Shown piece by piece: positions 43,231 to 54,678 of a stretch of DNA of 64,000 nucleotides. Origin of the DNA: Microcoleus sp. (GTDB taxonomy: Bacteria; Cyanobacteriota; Cyanobacteriia; Cyanobacteriales; Microcoleaceae); contig CP181291.1 in assembly GCA_052279835.1 (NCBI GenBank), positions 3,008,001 through 3,072,000 on the forward strand. The letters are read 5' to 3'. Within the stretch, counting starts at the first letter, position 1. Each line of letters starts with the position of its first letter. A program made the position numbers and the translations under genes. Below the pieces are notes generated by a model that was not told the origin of the DNA, made no database searches, and saw only the letters and a program-made list of their open reading frames with translations.

Positions 43231-43357
43231 TGCTCGTTCCCAGGCCTTAGCCTGGGAACGCATTCCATGAGGCTCTGCCTCCTGTTTTTATTTTTATCCG
43301 TTAGCGAGGCAGAGCCTCTGGATCTCGGTTCCCAGGCCTTAGCCTGGGAACCAGTTA
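43231..43357. repeat. MITE-like palindromic repeat (copy of 38137-38257)
   Basis: Direct sequence comparison. Confidence 0.85.
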
Positions 43358-43459
43358 AGAAGACCAACTAATATCAGGCACGTTACTTTACTAAATCAGG
43401 ATAAGAGCATATCCTAATTTAGAGGCTGAAACATCTATAAATAAAGCTAGGCGGGGAAA

Positions 43460-43640
43460 ATCACAATTGAACCGGGAAAACGCAGTGGCAAACCATGTAT
43501 TCGGGGAATGCGAATCACCGTCTACGACATCTTAGAATATCTCGCAGGTGGCATGACGGAAGCAGAAATTCTGGAAGATTTTTCTGAACTAACTTCGGCA
43601 GACATCAAAGCCTGCCTTGCTTTTGCGACGGATAAATACA
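43460..43640 (+). pseudogene. DUF433 family antitoxin-like fragment
   Basis: ITIEPGKRSGKPCIRGMRITVYDILEYLAGGMT..EILEDF..LT..DIKACLAFA; in-frame TAG just upstream with no start codon; 3' end runs into a repeat. Confidence 0.75.
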
Positions 43641-43749
43641 ATCCTGGACGCACTCCGACAAAGAAACCGGGTTTTTTACCTAATCTGTTGGTACAACCAA
43701 GTAATTTGGTAAAAAAACCCGGTTTCTGGGCCACGATAATTGCCCTTCC

Positions 43750-44190
43750 CTAATTTATCGCACGTTTAAGAATTTGACCGACAACTCCGTACCTGTCGCC
43801 TGTCAATCCATCCAATTCGTGTTCAACATCTTCCAACCATCCAAGTTTACTTGTCCATTTACCATTAGGTAATTGTCTGGCTGCATGAGTTGGGATACCG
43901 CTAAAGTCAACATATATTGCTATTTTTTGATATCCAGATTCTAATGTATCGACATTACAGATTTCATATCCCAGTGTTTGATAAGCCTGAATATATGCGT
44001 CTAAAGTCTCCTCTTGCGGCACGCCTTCTGGCCAATAGAATTGCTCTCCAGGTATCGGTTGCCACCAGCGATCTTCTTCACCAGCAGCCCACGCAAAACA
44101 GTTATATTCCTGTGACTTTTGGCTAGTAACTCGATAATCAGTGCGAGACAAGTTAGGCCATTTAATTTCAAGTTCTGGTCTTCTATACAT
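43750..44190 (-). CDS. Hypothetical protein with YNCFAWA / THAARQ / WTSKLG motifs
   Basis: 146 aa; Cys and His in motif-like context; starts 1 nt after the stop of the upstream gene. Confidence 0.75.
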   Translation of the reverse strand: MYRRPELEIKWPNLSRTDYRVTSQKSQEYNCFAWAAGEEDRWWQPIPGEQFYWPEGVPQEETLDAYIQAYQTLGYEICNVDTLESGYQKIAIYVDFSGIPTHAARQLPNGKWTSKLGWLEDVEHELDGLTGDRYGVVGQILKRAIN

Positions 44191-44191
44191 T

Positions 44192-44671
44192 CTATTCAAT
44201 CGCGTAGCCTCGCTCTTTACCCCACTCTATCCAAGCTGATGCCATCTGTTTTACCCTTCCCCTTTGTTCCGGTTTAATGGGATTTTCACCCGTAATTGCA
44301 TTCAATGCAGCTAACCAGTAAAGGGGATTTTTTTGCAGTTCCGATAGCAACAGCGGCACGACTTTAGATCCCATATTAATAATTTCTTGATATGCAGGAT
44401 GCTGAGACATTTGAGCTGTCGAAGACATTCCCCCAACTTCACTCTGCCATTCCGTAGCAAGAGTATAAAATTTGTCAATTACCTCGATCGCAATTTCAGC
44501 ATTTTGATTGCAAATATCTCGATCGATATTTGCTGCGGGATTTTCTCGTTGCGCGATCGAGCTTTCAATGTTCATCAAGACTAATTCTTCGATGGATACA
44601 TTTATCTCAGCAGCAACTTTTTGTAGCTTCAGCATCAGCAGGTCTGAAATGGCGATCGAGATGGTGTTCAT
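44192..44671 (-). CDS. Hypothetical protein: RHH-like N-terminus + helical C-terminal domain
   Basis: MNTISIAISDLLMLKLQKVAAEINVSIEELV; HPAYQEIINMG..VVPLLL.EL..WLAAL.AITGENP. Confidence 0.72.
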   Translation of the reverse strand: MNTISIAISDLLMLKLQKVAAEINVSIEELVLMNIESSIAQRENPAANIDRDICNQNAEIAIEVIDKFYTLATEWQSEVGGMSSTAQMSQHPAYQEIINMGSKVVPLLLSELQKNPLYWLAALNAITGENPIKPEQRGRVKQMASAWIEWGKERGYAIE

Positions 44672-44732
44672 CTGACTTACAAAATTGGATGATGTCTTAA
44701 GTGTACCAAATAAATTATCCATTTCGGGTAGT

Positions 44733-45722
44733 TCAGCCGCCGATTTGAGACATGGTGCGGCTGTAATTTCCTTGAGTAGTTCCCGAATCCCGCTGCTTGA
44801 AATTAATCTCCGGTTTAATCTCCAATATCTGCCGCACTCGATCGCGCAATTCGCCCGTAGACACCCCATTCCGTAAAGCCGTTTTCAAGTCAATTTGCCC
44901 GGTTTCGTTCAGCAGACAAGGCCGCAGCCACCCGTCAGCAGACAAACGCATCCGATTGCACCGATCGCAAAAACACTCCGACATCTGACTAATAAACCCT
45001 AAAGTACCCTTCGCCCCCGGAATTTGAAACACATCTGCCGGCCCATTTCCGCGAATTCCCGACTCCGCTAAACCATATTTATCGCTAATTTGTTGCCGCA
45101 AATCTGCCGAAGCAACCCAACCCTTATCGCCAAATAAATCGCCATTCCCGATCGGCATAAACTCAATAAACCGAACGTGCCAATTCCGGTTAATAGTTAA
45201 TGCAGCCAACTCCAATATTTCGCCATCATTCACACCAGGAATTACCACCACATTCAACTTCAGCGGGTTAAATCCAACTTCATAAGCTGCTTGAATACCC
45301 TGCCAAACTTGCATCCAGCGCGATCGGCCGCGACTGCCAATAATCTTATCAAAAGTCTCCGGTTCCAAGGAATCCAAACTAATATTAATCCGGCGCAAAC
45401 CAGCATTGTAGAGATTTTCGGCCATTCCCGCCAGCAAAAAGCCGTTAGTTGTCATTGACAAATCTCGCGTTTGGGGCAAAGATGCGATCGCCCCAACCAA
45501 CTCCACCACCCCAGGGCGCAACAGCGGTTCCCCACCAGTCAACCGAAACTTAGTAAATCCCACAGGTATGAAAACCTCCCGCAGCAAAGTTAGCAATTCC
45601 GAGTGACTTAACAACTGCTGCTGCAAAACATAGTCCAACTCGCTACCTTCCGGCATACAATAGAGACAGCGGAAATTGCAGCGGTCTATCAAACTAATCC
45701 GAAGGTAGTCTACAGGGTTCAT
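44733..45722 (-). CDS. moaA: GTP 3',8-cyclase MoaA
   Basis: [19 protein letters not shown] radical SAM motif, [17 protein letters not shown]-terminal MSQIGG. Confidence 0.97.
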   Translation of the reverse strand: MNPVDYLRISLIDRCNFRCLYCMPEGSELDYVLQQQLLSHSELLTLLREVFIPVGFTKFRLTGGEPLLRPGVVELVGAIASLPQTRDLSMTTNGFLLAGMAENLYNAGLRRINISLDSLEPETFDKIIGSRGRSRWMQVWQGIQAAYEVGFNPLKLNVVVIPGVNDGEILELAALTINRNWHVRFIEFMPIGNGDLFGDKGWVASADLRQQISDKYGLAESGIRGNGPADVFQIPGAKGTLGFISQMSECFCDRCNRMRLSADGWLRPCLLNETGQIDLKTALRNGVSTGELRDRVRQILEIKPEINFKQRDSGTTQGNYSRTMSQIGG

Positions 45723-45880
45723 GTCAATAGTTTGTAATATTATTTAATTATAAATCCCGACTTGATTTTGTGCAATTATTGATAGAAACCTCAATTTCTG
45801 CTCTATTAACTCTCTTACTCTGCGCTCTCTGCGCTCTCTGCGGTTAAGAAAAAAAATCTAGTTAGCAAATCTATATACCC

Positions 45881-46333
45881 ATGACATTCTTTAAATTTGA
45901 AGCCGACTTTGTAGAAGCCCTCCGCTGCATTCCCATGCAAGTACGTCTAAAGTTAGATACCTGCGGCATCAAACTCAAGTTGCAAGATTGGAATCATTTT
46001 ACTCAAACAGAACGCCAAACACTCGTCGAGCTTCCTTGCGTGACAACGGCAGAAATTTCGACTTACCGAGAATATCTCAACCAAATACTGATTCAACATA
46101 CTGGTGAATCGGGAACAGATTTACCCATCGATGAACATCCGCCCTGGATGGATGCTGCAACCATACCCGAATCTGTGACGGCCAAAGCCCAAGAGCTCGG
46201 CTTGACTATTACGGGGGCACAATGGATGGCTTTGGGGGCGATCGAGCGGTTTGCTTTAATTAAACTTAGTCGATCGAGCCACGAGAATAAAAACTTTCTG
46301 CCGGCGCTTCAAGAGTTTGGCATGATTGAATAA
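45881..46333 (+). CDS. narM: Nitrate reductase-associated protein NarM
   Basis: FFKFEADFVEALRCIPMQVRLKLDTCGIKLKL..RFALIKLSRSSHENKNF; divergent from moaA. Confidence 0.85.
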   Translation: MTFFKFEADFVEALRCIPMQVRLKLDTCGIKLKLQDWNHFTQTERQTLVELPCVTTAEISTYREYLNQILIQHTGESGTDLPIDEHPPWMDAATIPESVTAKAQELGLTITGAQWMALGAIERFALIKLSRSSHENKNFLPALQEFGMIE

Positions 46334-46347
46334 GCAACCCAACTTTT

Positions 46348-46547
46348 ACTCGTTATCCAGGCGAGGCAGAGCCTCTAGACATCGGTTCCTAGGCAGAGCC
46401 TAGGAACCAGTAATTTCGCACCCTCTACTCGTTACCAGGCTCTGCCTGGTAACGCAGATCCGGAGGCTCTGCCTCCAATTTACCCTTCGCCACGCGAGGC
46501 AGAGCCTCTGGACATCGGTTCCCAGGCCAGAGCCTGGGAACCAGTAA
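46348..46547. repeat. GAGGCAGAGCCTC-family palindromic repeats (partial + full copy)
   Basis: Same motifs as 38137-38257. Confidence 0.8.
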
Positions 46548-46683
46548 CAAGATTTCTGACTCCCTCGACACCAAAACCCAAAAAAATCATTAAATTAATT
46601 TTAAGTATTGTTACCGCAGCGTGGTAATATTTTTCTGAGCTTGCAAAGCACACGCCTGCTACCTGCATTAGTTTCTGAGCTTC

Positions 46684-47136
46684 GTGAACACGCCAAACAC
46701 ACCCACCCAACCCGCACCAGCAACCGAGGATCTTCCTCAAACTGGCACTGTCTCGACAGTCTCGTCAGAGACAGGTAATTCCATGCAAGACTTCTATCGC
46801 CTTCAACAAGAGTTGTTGGTTTACACCCTTGCGTTTACAGGGATAATCTTTATCTCCGTTTGGATTTTTTACTCGCTCAACATTGCCCTGAATTATTTGC
46901 TAGGGGCGATCGCAGGTGTGGTTTACTTAAAGATGTTGGCTAGAGATGTTGAGCGAATCGGTAGCCAAAATCAGAAGATTAGTAAGACAAGGCTCGGTCT
47001 GCTTATTGGGTTGATGATAGTAGCAGCTCGGTTAGACCAGTTACAGATTTTACCAATATTTTTGGGATTTCTGACTTACAAAATTTCGCTGATGATTTAC
47101 GTGTTGCGAAGTGCATTAGCACCAGACTACAGGTAG
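46684..47136 (+). CDS. atp1: ATP synthase protein I (Atp1)
   Basis: First gene of atp operon; [35 protein letters not shown]. Confidence 0.85.
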   Translation: MNTPNTPTQPAPATEDLPQTGTVSTVSSETGNSMQDFYRLQQELLVYTLAFTGIIFISVWIFYSLNIALNYLLGAIAGVVYLKMLARDVERIGSQNQKISKTRLGLLIGLMIVAARLDQLQILPIFLGFLTYKISLMIYVLRSALAPDYR

Positions 47137-47186
47137 GTCAGGCAATCTAGCAATACTCAACTCATAGATTTGGGGAAACCCGTTGA

Positions 47187-47945
47187 ATGGCAATGCTTGA
47201 CGTTCTAAACACCTTTAATCGTTTCCCCCTGGCAGAATTGGAAGTTGGCCAGCAGTTGTACTGGCAACTGGGCAATCTGAAAGTGCATGGGCAGGTTTTT
47301 CTAACCTCGTGGTTTGTAATTGCCGTTTTAGTCATTGTTTCGCTTTTAGGAAGCCGCAAAATCCAACGAATTCCCAGCGGAATGCAGAATTTAATGGAGT
47401 ATGCGCTGGAATTTATTCGCGACTTGGCTAAAAACCAAATTGGGGAAAAAGAATATCGCCCCTGGGTACCTTTTGTTGGTACATTATTTTTGTTCATCTT
47501 TGTGTCAAACTGGTCTGGCGCTCTCATTCCTTGGAAGCTGATTAAGCTACCATCGGGAGAATTGGGAGCACCTACGGCTGACATCAACACGACGGTAGCA
47601 TTTGCACTGCTGACTTCTCTAGCATATTTTTATGCAGGTCTCAGCAAAAGTGGCTTGGGGTATTTCGCCCACTATGTAGAACCGGTACCTTTTATGTTGC
47701 CGTTCAAAATCATAGAAGATTTTACTAAGCCTCTTTCGCTAAGTTTCCGTTTGTTTGGTAACATCCTCGCTGACGAATTGGTTGTCGGAGTGCTGGTGTT
47801 GCTAGTGCCTTTATTTGTGCCTTTGCCAGTAATGGTTCTGGGACTATTTACAAGTGCCATTCAAGCTTTGATTTTTGCTACCCTAGCAGCAGCCTATATT
47901 GGTGAAGCTCTAGAGGGCGGTCACGGTGAAGAACATCACGATTAA
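47187..47945 (+). CDS. atpB: ATP synthase F0 subunit a (cyanobacterial atpI)
   Basis: [25 protein letters not shown]. Confidence 0.97.
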   Translation: MAMLDVLNTFNRFPLAELEVGQQLYWQLGNLKVHGQVFLTSWFVIAVLVIVSLLGSRKIQRIPSGMQNLMEYALEFIRDLAKNQIGEKEYRPWVPFVGTLFLFIFVSNWSGALIPWKLIKLPSGELGAPTADINTTVAFALLTSLAYFYAGLSKSGLGYFAHYVEPVPFMLPFKIIEDFTKPLSLSFRLFGNILADELVVGVLVLLVPLFVPLPVMVLGLFTSAIQALIFATLAAAYIGEALEGGHGEEHHD

Positions 47946-48057
47946 ATAACGATAAACGACGCAGAATGAAAGAGAAAAATTAAATTTCTCAGTTCAAACT
48001 TGCCGTCGTAAAATCGGACGATTCTGTAGACTTTCTGTTCTCAATTTTGTACTTTAG

Positions 48058-48318
<261 letters not shown>

Positions 48319-48418
48319 TAATTTGGGGTCGGAGATTTTGGATTTTGGATGGTAATTAAACTCCAAAATCCAAAATCTATAATCTCAAATAGAATTAGGT
48401 GGGAGCCGTCAAAAAAAA

Positions 48419-48904
48419 ATGATGCACTGGACAGTATTACTAGCAGTTGAAGAAGCAGCAAAAGAAGGCGGACTTTTTGATATTGATGCTACGCTGCCTC
48501 TGATGGCGGTGCAGTTTTTGATTTTAGTCGCAGTCTTGAATGTAATTTTTTATAAGCCGCTCACCAAGTCCATTGAGGAACGGGCAGATTACATTCGTAA
48601 CACTCAAGTTGCAGCGAAAGATCGCTTGGCAAAAGCTCAGCAACTAGCGCAGGAGTACGAGCAAAAACTGGGAGATACTCGCAGGGAATCTCAAAAGGTA
48701 ATTGCTGTGGCTCAAGCAGATGCTCAGAAAATTGCTGCGGCGAAAGTAGCTGAGGCTCAAAAAGAAGCTCAAGTCGCGCGAGAAAAAGCAGGACAAGAGA
48801 TTGAGCAGCAAAAGCAAGATGCAATGCGATCGCTAGAACAAGAAGTGGACTCCCTGAGCCACCAAATTCTAGAGAAGCTATTAGGGCCGGAGCTGGTCAA
48901 ATAG
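48419..48904 (+). CDS. atpF2: ATP synthase F0 subunit b' (cyanobacterial atpG)
   Basis: [23 protein letters not shown]; operon position. Confidence 0.93.
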   Translation: MMHWTVLLAVEEAAKEGGLFDIDATLPLMAVQFLILVAVLNVIFYKPLTKSIEERADYIRNTQVAAKDRLAKAQQLAQEYEQKLGDTRRESQKVIAVAQADAQKIAAAKVAEAQKEAQVAREKAGQEIEQQKQDAMRSLEQEVDSLSHQILEKLLGPELVK

Positions 48905-48991
48905 TGAAATTGAATGGTTTTAGATTTTGGAAGAAATCTAAAATCTCAAATTGGTTCAGCCAACCTGCACGCGCAATTATGGAAGACTATC

Positions 48992-49519
48992 ATGGGGACT
49001 GTTTTATTGCTAGCCACAGAAGCTAGCCGGGAAGGTGGTTTCGGTTTCAATTTTGATATTTTAGAAACCAATCTGATTAACCTGGTCATTATTATTGCAG
49101 TGCTGTTTTATTTCGGGCGCGGTTTTTTAGGAAATATCCTAAATGAGCGGCGCACGGGCATAGAAGAGGCGATTTTAGAAGCAGAAAAACGCCAAAAAGA
49201 AGCCGCAGCAGCTCTCGCAGAGCAACAGCAAAAATTGACTCAAGCGCAAGCAGAAGCAGAACGAATTCGTACTTCGGCTCAAGAAACTGCCCAGAAAGCC
49301 AAAGAAGCAATTCTAGCAACTGCGGCGCAGGACGTTGAACGCATGAAAGCAACAGCAGGTCAAGAGTTGGAATCGGAGCGGGAAAGAGCGATCGCCCAAA
49401 TCAGATCTGCGGTTGTATCTATGGCATTAGCAAAGGTGGAAAGCCAGCTAAAAACTAGCTTGAACGAAAACGCTCAACACCAATTAATCGATCGCAGCAT
49501 TGCCTTACTGGGAGGCTAA
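48992..49519 (+). CDS. atpF: ATP synthase F0 subunit b
   Basis: [27 protein letters not shown]. Confidence 0.93.
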   Translation: MGTVLLLATEASREGGFGFNFDILETNLINLVIIIAVLFYFGRGFLGNILNERRTGIEEAILEAEKRQKEAAAALAEQQQKLTQAQAEAERIRTSAQETAQKAKEAILATAAQDVERMKATAGQELESERERAIAQIRSAVVSMALAKVESQLKTSLNENAQHQLIDRSIALLGG

Positions 49520-49522
49520 AAC

Positions 49523-50068
49523 GTGAGTAAAATCAACACACAAGTTTTACAGCCTTACGCATCGGCTTTGATGTCATTGGCTAAGTCTAACAATCTTTCA
49601 GAACAGTTCGGGAATGATATTCGTTCCTTACTGAGTATGCTAGAAAGTTCTGAGGAACTGCGTCAATTTTTAGCTAATCCTCTGGTTAAACCAGATGCTA
49701 AAAAAGCAGTAATTCAGCAAATAACAGGGGAAGAAATAAACCCTTTGATGCGAAGCTTTCTAAGCCTGTTAGTAGACAAAGGAAGAATTCTTTTTTTAGA
49801 AGGAATTGGTAAACAATACTTGACCCAACTCCGAGAACTCAACCAAACTGTATTGGCTGAAGTTACCTCGGCTGTACCGCTGTCAGAAGCTCAACAGCAG
49901 ACTGTTAGTGAAAAAGTACAGGCAATGACCGGCGCAAGGCAAGTGGAAATTGAAACCAAAATTGACGCAGATTTAATTGGCGGTGTGGTAATTAAAGTAG
50001 GCTCTCAAGTGATTGATGCCAGCCTGCGAGGACAATTACGCCGTCTGGGAATTCGCTTGGCTTCTTGA
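49523..50068 (+). CDS. atpH: ATP synthase F1 subunit delta (cyanobacterial atpD)
   Basis: PYASALM, AEVTSAVPL, LIGGVVIKVGSQVIDASL. Confidence 0.95.
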   Translation: MSKINTQVLQPYASALMSLAKSNNLSEQFGNDIRSLLSMLESSEELRQFLANPLVKPDAKKAVIQQITGEEINPLMRSFLSLLVDKGRILFLEGIGKQYLTQLRELNQTVLAEVTSAVPLSEAQQQTVSEKVQAMTGARQVEIETKIDADLIGGVVIKVGSQVIDASLRGQLRRLGIRLAS

Positions 50069-50070
50069 GA

Positions 50071-50105
50071 GAAGAAGGAAGAAGGAAGAAGGAAGAAGGA
50101 AGAAG
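50071..50105. repeat. Heptamer short tandem repeat (GAAGAAG)n
   Basis: Directly visible; other heptamer runs at ~10205-10257, 15708-15780, 26210-26246, 37347-37373. Confidence 0.85.
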
Positions 50106-50221
50106 GGAAACAGGAACTAGGCATAAGTTAATTTTTATTACCTAGTGGTCAATCCTCAATTCTTAGTACCAAATCCAAACGCTTTTTTTACCTAAAACAT
50201 CGACAGACAACTGACAACTGA

Positions 50222-51754
<1,533 letters not shown>

Positions 51755-51795
51755 TTAGTCTTTAGTCATCAGTCATTAGTCATTAGTTAAGTTTC

Positions 51796-51950
51796 GATCC
51801 CCCCTAGCCCCCCTTATTAAGGGGGGGACAAGAGTGTTCAAAGTCTCCCGACTATCAGGGAGAGAATGGAAGCATTCAAAGTCCCCTTTAAGAAAGGAGA
51901 AACTAGAAGCACTCAAAGTCCCCCTTCTTAAGGGGGATTTAGGGGGATCG
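51796..51950. repeat. CCCCC..TAAGGGGG palindromic dispersed element (intergenic copy)
   Basis: GATCCCCCCTAGCCCCCCTTATTAAGGGGGGG...AAAGTCCCCCTTCTTAAGGGGGATTTAGGGGGATC; related copies at ~3503-3580 and 42092-42172. Confidence 0.85.
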
Positions 51951-52100
51951 AGACTTCGAGACAAACGAGAGAGGCAGAAGGTTTCAGTCTTACAGTTGAT
52001 ACAAATCGGCTATGCCATGTCTCTACCGTAGCTAAATTTAAAAACTGATGGCTGGGAACTAAGAACTCATAAATAAAAGCTAAGGAAAAAGGAGAAAATT

Positions 52101-53051
52101 ATGGCAAATCTGAAAACTATTCGCGATCGCATTAAGTCGGTCAAGAACACTAAAAAGATTACAGAAGCAATGCGCTTGGTGGCTGCTGCAAAGGTGCGCC
52201 GCGCTCAAGAACAGGTTACTGCAACTCGGCCTTTTGCCGATCGCCTCGCAGAAGTATTGTACGGTTTGGCGGAACGGTTGCAGTTTGAAAACTTGGATTT
52301 GCCGCTGTTGAAGAAACGGGAAGTTAAGACTGTGGGGCTTTTGGTCGTTTCGGGCGATCGGGGTTTGTGCGGTGGCTACAACGGAAACATCATCAAATAC
52401 GCCGAAAATCGTGCCAAAGAACTGAAAGCCGAAGGCGTAGAGTACAAATTTGTGTTGGTAGGACGGAAAGCTACTCAGTATTTCCAGCGCCGGGAACAGC
52501 CGATTGATGCGACTTACACTAACTTGGAACAAATTCCAACAGCACCGGAAGCAGCGATGATTGCTGACGAATTGTTGTCGCTATTCTTATCAGGAACTGT
52601 GGACAGAATTGAGTTAATTTACACCAAGTTTGTGTCGTTAATTAGTTCTCGTCCAGTGATTCAAACCTTGCTACCTCTCGACCCCCAAGGTTTGGAAACT
52701 GCTGATGATGAAATCTTCCGTTTGACTTCCCAAGGCGGAGAGTTTAAAGTCTCGCGGGAAAAGGTTTCTGCACCTACGAAGAGTTTGCCACGCGACATGA
52801 TTTTCGAGCAAGATCCAGCGCAAATTTTGGATGCTCTTTTGCCATTGTATTTGAACAACCAATTGCTGCGGGCTTTGCAAGAGTCTGCGGCGAGTGAGTT
52901 GGCTGCGCGGATGACTGCGATGAATAATGCTAGTGAGAATGCTAGTGATTTGATTGGTAGTTTGACGCTGACTTATAACAAGGCGCGGCAAGCGGCAATT
53001 ACTCAGGAAATCCTGGAAGTTTGCGGCGGTGCTGAGGCTTTGAATGGTTAG
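52101..53051 (+). CDS. atpG: ATP synthase F1 subunit gamma (cyanobacterial atpC)
   Basis: [46 protein letters not shown]. Confidence 0.97.
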   Translation: MANLKTIRDRIKSVKNTKKITEAMRLVAAAKVRRAQEQVTATRPFADRLAEVLYGLAERLQFENLDLPLLKKREVKTVGLLVVSGDRGLCGGYNGNIIKYAENRAKELKAEGVEYKFVLVGRKATQYFQRREQPIDATYTNLEQIPTAPEAAMIADELLSLFLSGTVDRIELIYTKFVSLISSRPVIQTLLPLDPQGLETADDEIFRLTSQGGEFKVSREKVSAPTKSLPRDMIFEQDPAQILDALLPLYLNNQLLRALQESAASELAARMTAMNNASENASDLIGSLTLTYNKARQAAITQEILEVCGGAEALNG

Positions 53052-53082
53052 GTTAGGGTTGACAATTTGTTGATTTTATGCT

Positions 53083-53114
53083 AGGCGTCTGGGGGAACTC
53101 AGGCGCTTTTTTTT
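53083..53114 (+). terminator. Intrinsic terminator of the atp operon
   Basis: GCGTCTGG..TCAGGCGC hairpin followed by T8. Confidence 0.75.
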
Positions 53115-53120
53115 AAGATG

Positions 53121-53175
53121 ATTCGGCGGTTGAAACCGCTGCTACACACACGAAGTCCGCCTGCGCGGACTAAGA
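53121..53175. repeat. AGTCCGC..GCGGACT / CGGTTTCAACCG dispersed repeat
   Basis: Related copies at ~7456-7540, 37193-37247 and an interrupted one at 61733. Confidence 0.8.
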
Positions 53176-53193
53176 ATAAGAAGGATATTTAAA

Positions 53194-53490
53194 TTAGACT
53201 GTGTTCCCACGTTCTTCTAACCACCGCTGAAATGATTTCTGACTTTCTCCAGATGGTTTACCGAGAATGATATTTTTGACGCTAATATCTTCGTCAATAT
53301 CAGGCCAGTGGATTCCCTGATTTTCACCAATAAATCGCCAATTATTGCGCTCGATCGGTGTACCATGCAATAGCCGAGGATACCAAGCTAAAGGAACAGA
53401 AATAGTACGACCATCGGATAGATCGACTGTTAGCGCGTCGTCTGTAACGACTACGTTTTGTGCTTGGGGGATTTCTAGCAATTCAACCAT
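53194..53490 (-). CDS. DUF2442 family protein
   Basis: LTVDLSDGRTISVPLAWYPRLLHGT..GIHWPDIDEDISV. Confidence 0.88.
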   Translation of the reverse strand: MVELLEIPQAQNVVVTDDALTVDLSDGRTISVPLAWYPRLLHGTPIERNNWRFIGENQGIHWPDIDEDISVKNIILGKPSGESQKSFQRWLEERGNTV

Positions 53491-53545
53491 TAAAGTAGTT
53501 ATGATAAAATATCAAAATGTATATATTTTAAAGCTTTAAACCTAT

Positions 53546-53731
53546 ATGAATGACAAAAAGACTGTGGCTATTAGAGTAGAAATGCCACCGGATCTGCGGA
53601 ACCGATTTAAGTCGGCTGTTGCTAGGGATGGTAAAAATATGAGGGATGTTTTGCTGGAATTTATGGAGGGATATGTCGTGAAGGCTGAGCAACTTAAAAT
53701 AGAAGCAACTCAAAACCAAAACAACACATAG
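53546..53731 (+). CDS. Ribbon-helix-helix (ParG/CopG-like) DNA-binding protein
   Basis: AIRVEMPPDLRNRFKSAVARDGKNMRDVLLEFMEGYV. Confidence 0.75.
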   Translation: MNDKKTVAIRVEMPPDLRNRFKSAVARDGKNMRDVLLEFMEGYVVKAEQLKIEATQNQNNT

Positions 53732-53769
53732 CTGCTGGGTACAGCGAACGAAATTGACTGGATGATCGG

Positions 53770-53982
53770 CTATTCCTGGACAATTTCCACCAAATCTTCG
53801 ATCATTACATCAAAGGTGCGAGCCAATTTGTGTATGGAAATGAAGTCAATGGTTGACACTCCCGGACAGCGGGCGTAGTGTCTGACGGTGCTGTAAATGA
53901 CTCCCGATCGCTCTGAAACTTCTTTCAGCGTCCAACCTTTCTCAGCAGCAAATTCTCTGACTTTTAGTCTGACTAAACCCAT
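53770..53982 (-). CDS. XRE/Cro-type HTH regulator (cassette 1)
   Basis: MGLVRLKVREFAAEKGWTLKEVSERSGVIYSTVRHY..KLARTFDV; 70 aa. Confidence 0.9.
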   Translation of the reverse strand: MGLVRLKVREFAAEKGWTLKEVSERSGVIYSTVRHYARCPGVSTIDFISIHKLARTFDVMIEDLVEIVQE

Positions 53983-53984
53983 AC

Positions 53985-54014
53985 TTGACAAATGATGGTA
54001 AACCATCATGAGAT
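53985..54014 (+). promoter_or_regulatory. Putative promoter with perfect palindromic operator
   Basis: TTGACA 53985-90; ATGATGGT-AA-ACCATCAT 53992-54009. Confidence 0.6.
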
Positions 54015-54038
54015 ATTTTTATCCCAAAAGGCGATCGC

Positions 54039-54251
54039 CTAATCTTCGACAATCTCATACAAATCTTCGACCATCACGTCAAAAGTCCTCGCCAACTTGT
54101 CTAAGGCTGTGACGTCAATTGTTGCTAATCCGGGCGATCGGGCATAGGTTCTCAGCGTACTGTAGACTACGCCCGATCGCTCTGAAACCTCTTTGATCGT
54201 CCAGCCTTTCTCAGCAGCAAATTCTCTAACCCGCAATCTAATTAAGCCCAT
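54039..54251 (-). CDS. XRE/Cro-type HTH regulator (cassette 2)
   Basis: 70-aa paralogue, variable segment VVYSTLRTYARSPGLATIDVTALD. Confidence 0.9.
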   Translation of the reverse strand: MGLIRLRVREFAAEKGWTIKEVSERSGVVYSTLRTYARSPGLATIDVTALDKLARTFDVMVEDLYEIVED

Positions 54252-54308
54252 AAGCTATTGAGATGTGATTGATATAAGTCATAGGATTGTACTGTAAAAG
54301 GCGATCGG

Positions 54309-54521
54309 CTACTCTTTGACGACCTCAACCAAATCTTCCACCATCACGTCAAAAGTACGTGCCAACTTGAGCAAACAAGTAAAATCAACCATTGCCATTC
54401 CTGGAGAACGCGAATAGGTGCTGAGGGTGCTGTAGTTGACTCCCGATCGGTCAGAAACCTCTTTGATCGTCCAGCCTTTCTCGCCAGCAAATTCTCTAAC
54501 CCGCAATCTAATTAAACCCAT
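54309..54521 (-). CDS. XRE/Cro-type HTH regulator (cassette 3)
   Basis: 70-aa paralogue, variable segment VNYSTLSTYSRSPGMAMVDFTCLL. Confidence 0.9.
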   Translation of the reverse strand: MGLIRLRVREFAGEKGWTIKEVSDRSGVNYSTLSTYSRSPGMAMVDFTCLLKLARTFDVMVEDLVEVVKE

Positions 54522-54549
54522 TGACAGACCACTAGATTTAGTATATTAT
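54521..54549 (+). promoter_or_regulatory. Putative sigma70-type promoter divergent from XRE cassette 3
   Basis: TTGACA-17 nt-TATTAT with ACTAGATTTAGT near-palindrome in the spacer; -35 overlaps the XRE start codon. Confidence 0.65.
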
Positions 54550-54678
54550 AATTTTATCGTAAAAAGCGATCGCCCCAACGTCTGGAAAACTTAAAGACGA
54601 TCGCCTATCAAAGTTCAAATCCCATCAAGTGAGATTTATTAACCATCTGAAATTCCCATCAAGTGGGATGTACGAACC

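Noticed and set aside
44672..44869. Extended N-terminus of ORF 44192-44869
   Set aside because: Overlaps the moaA 3' end; ATG 44671 gives a coherent RHH-like start
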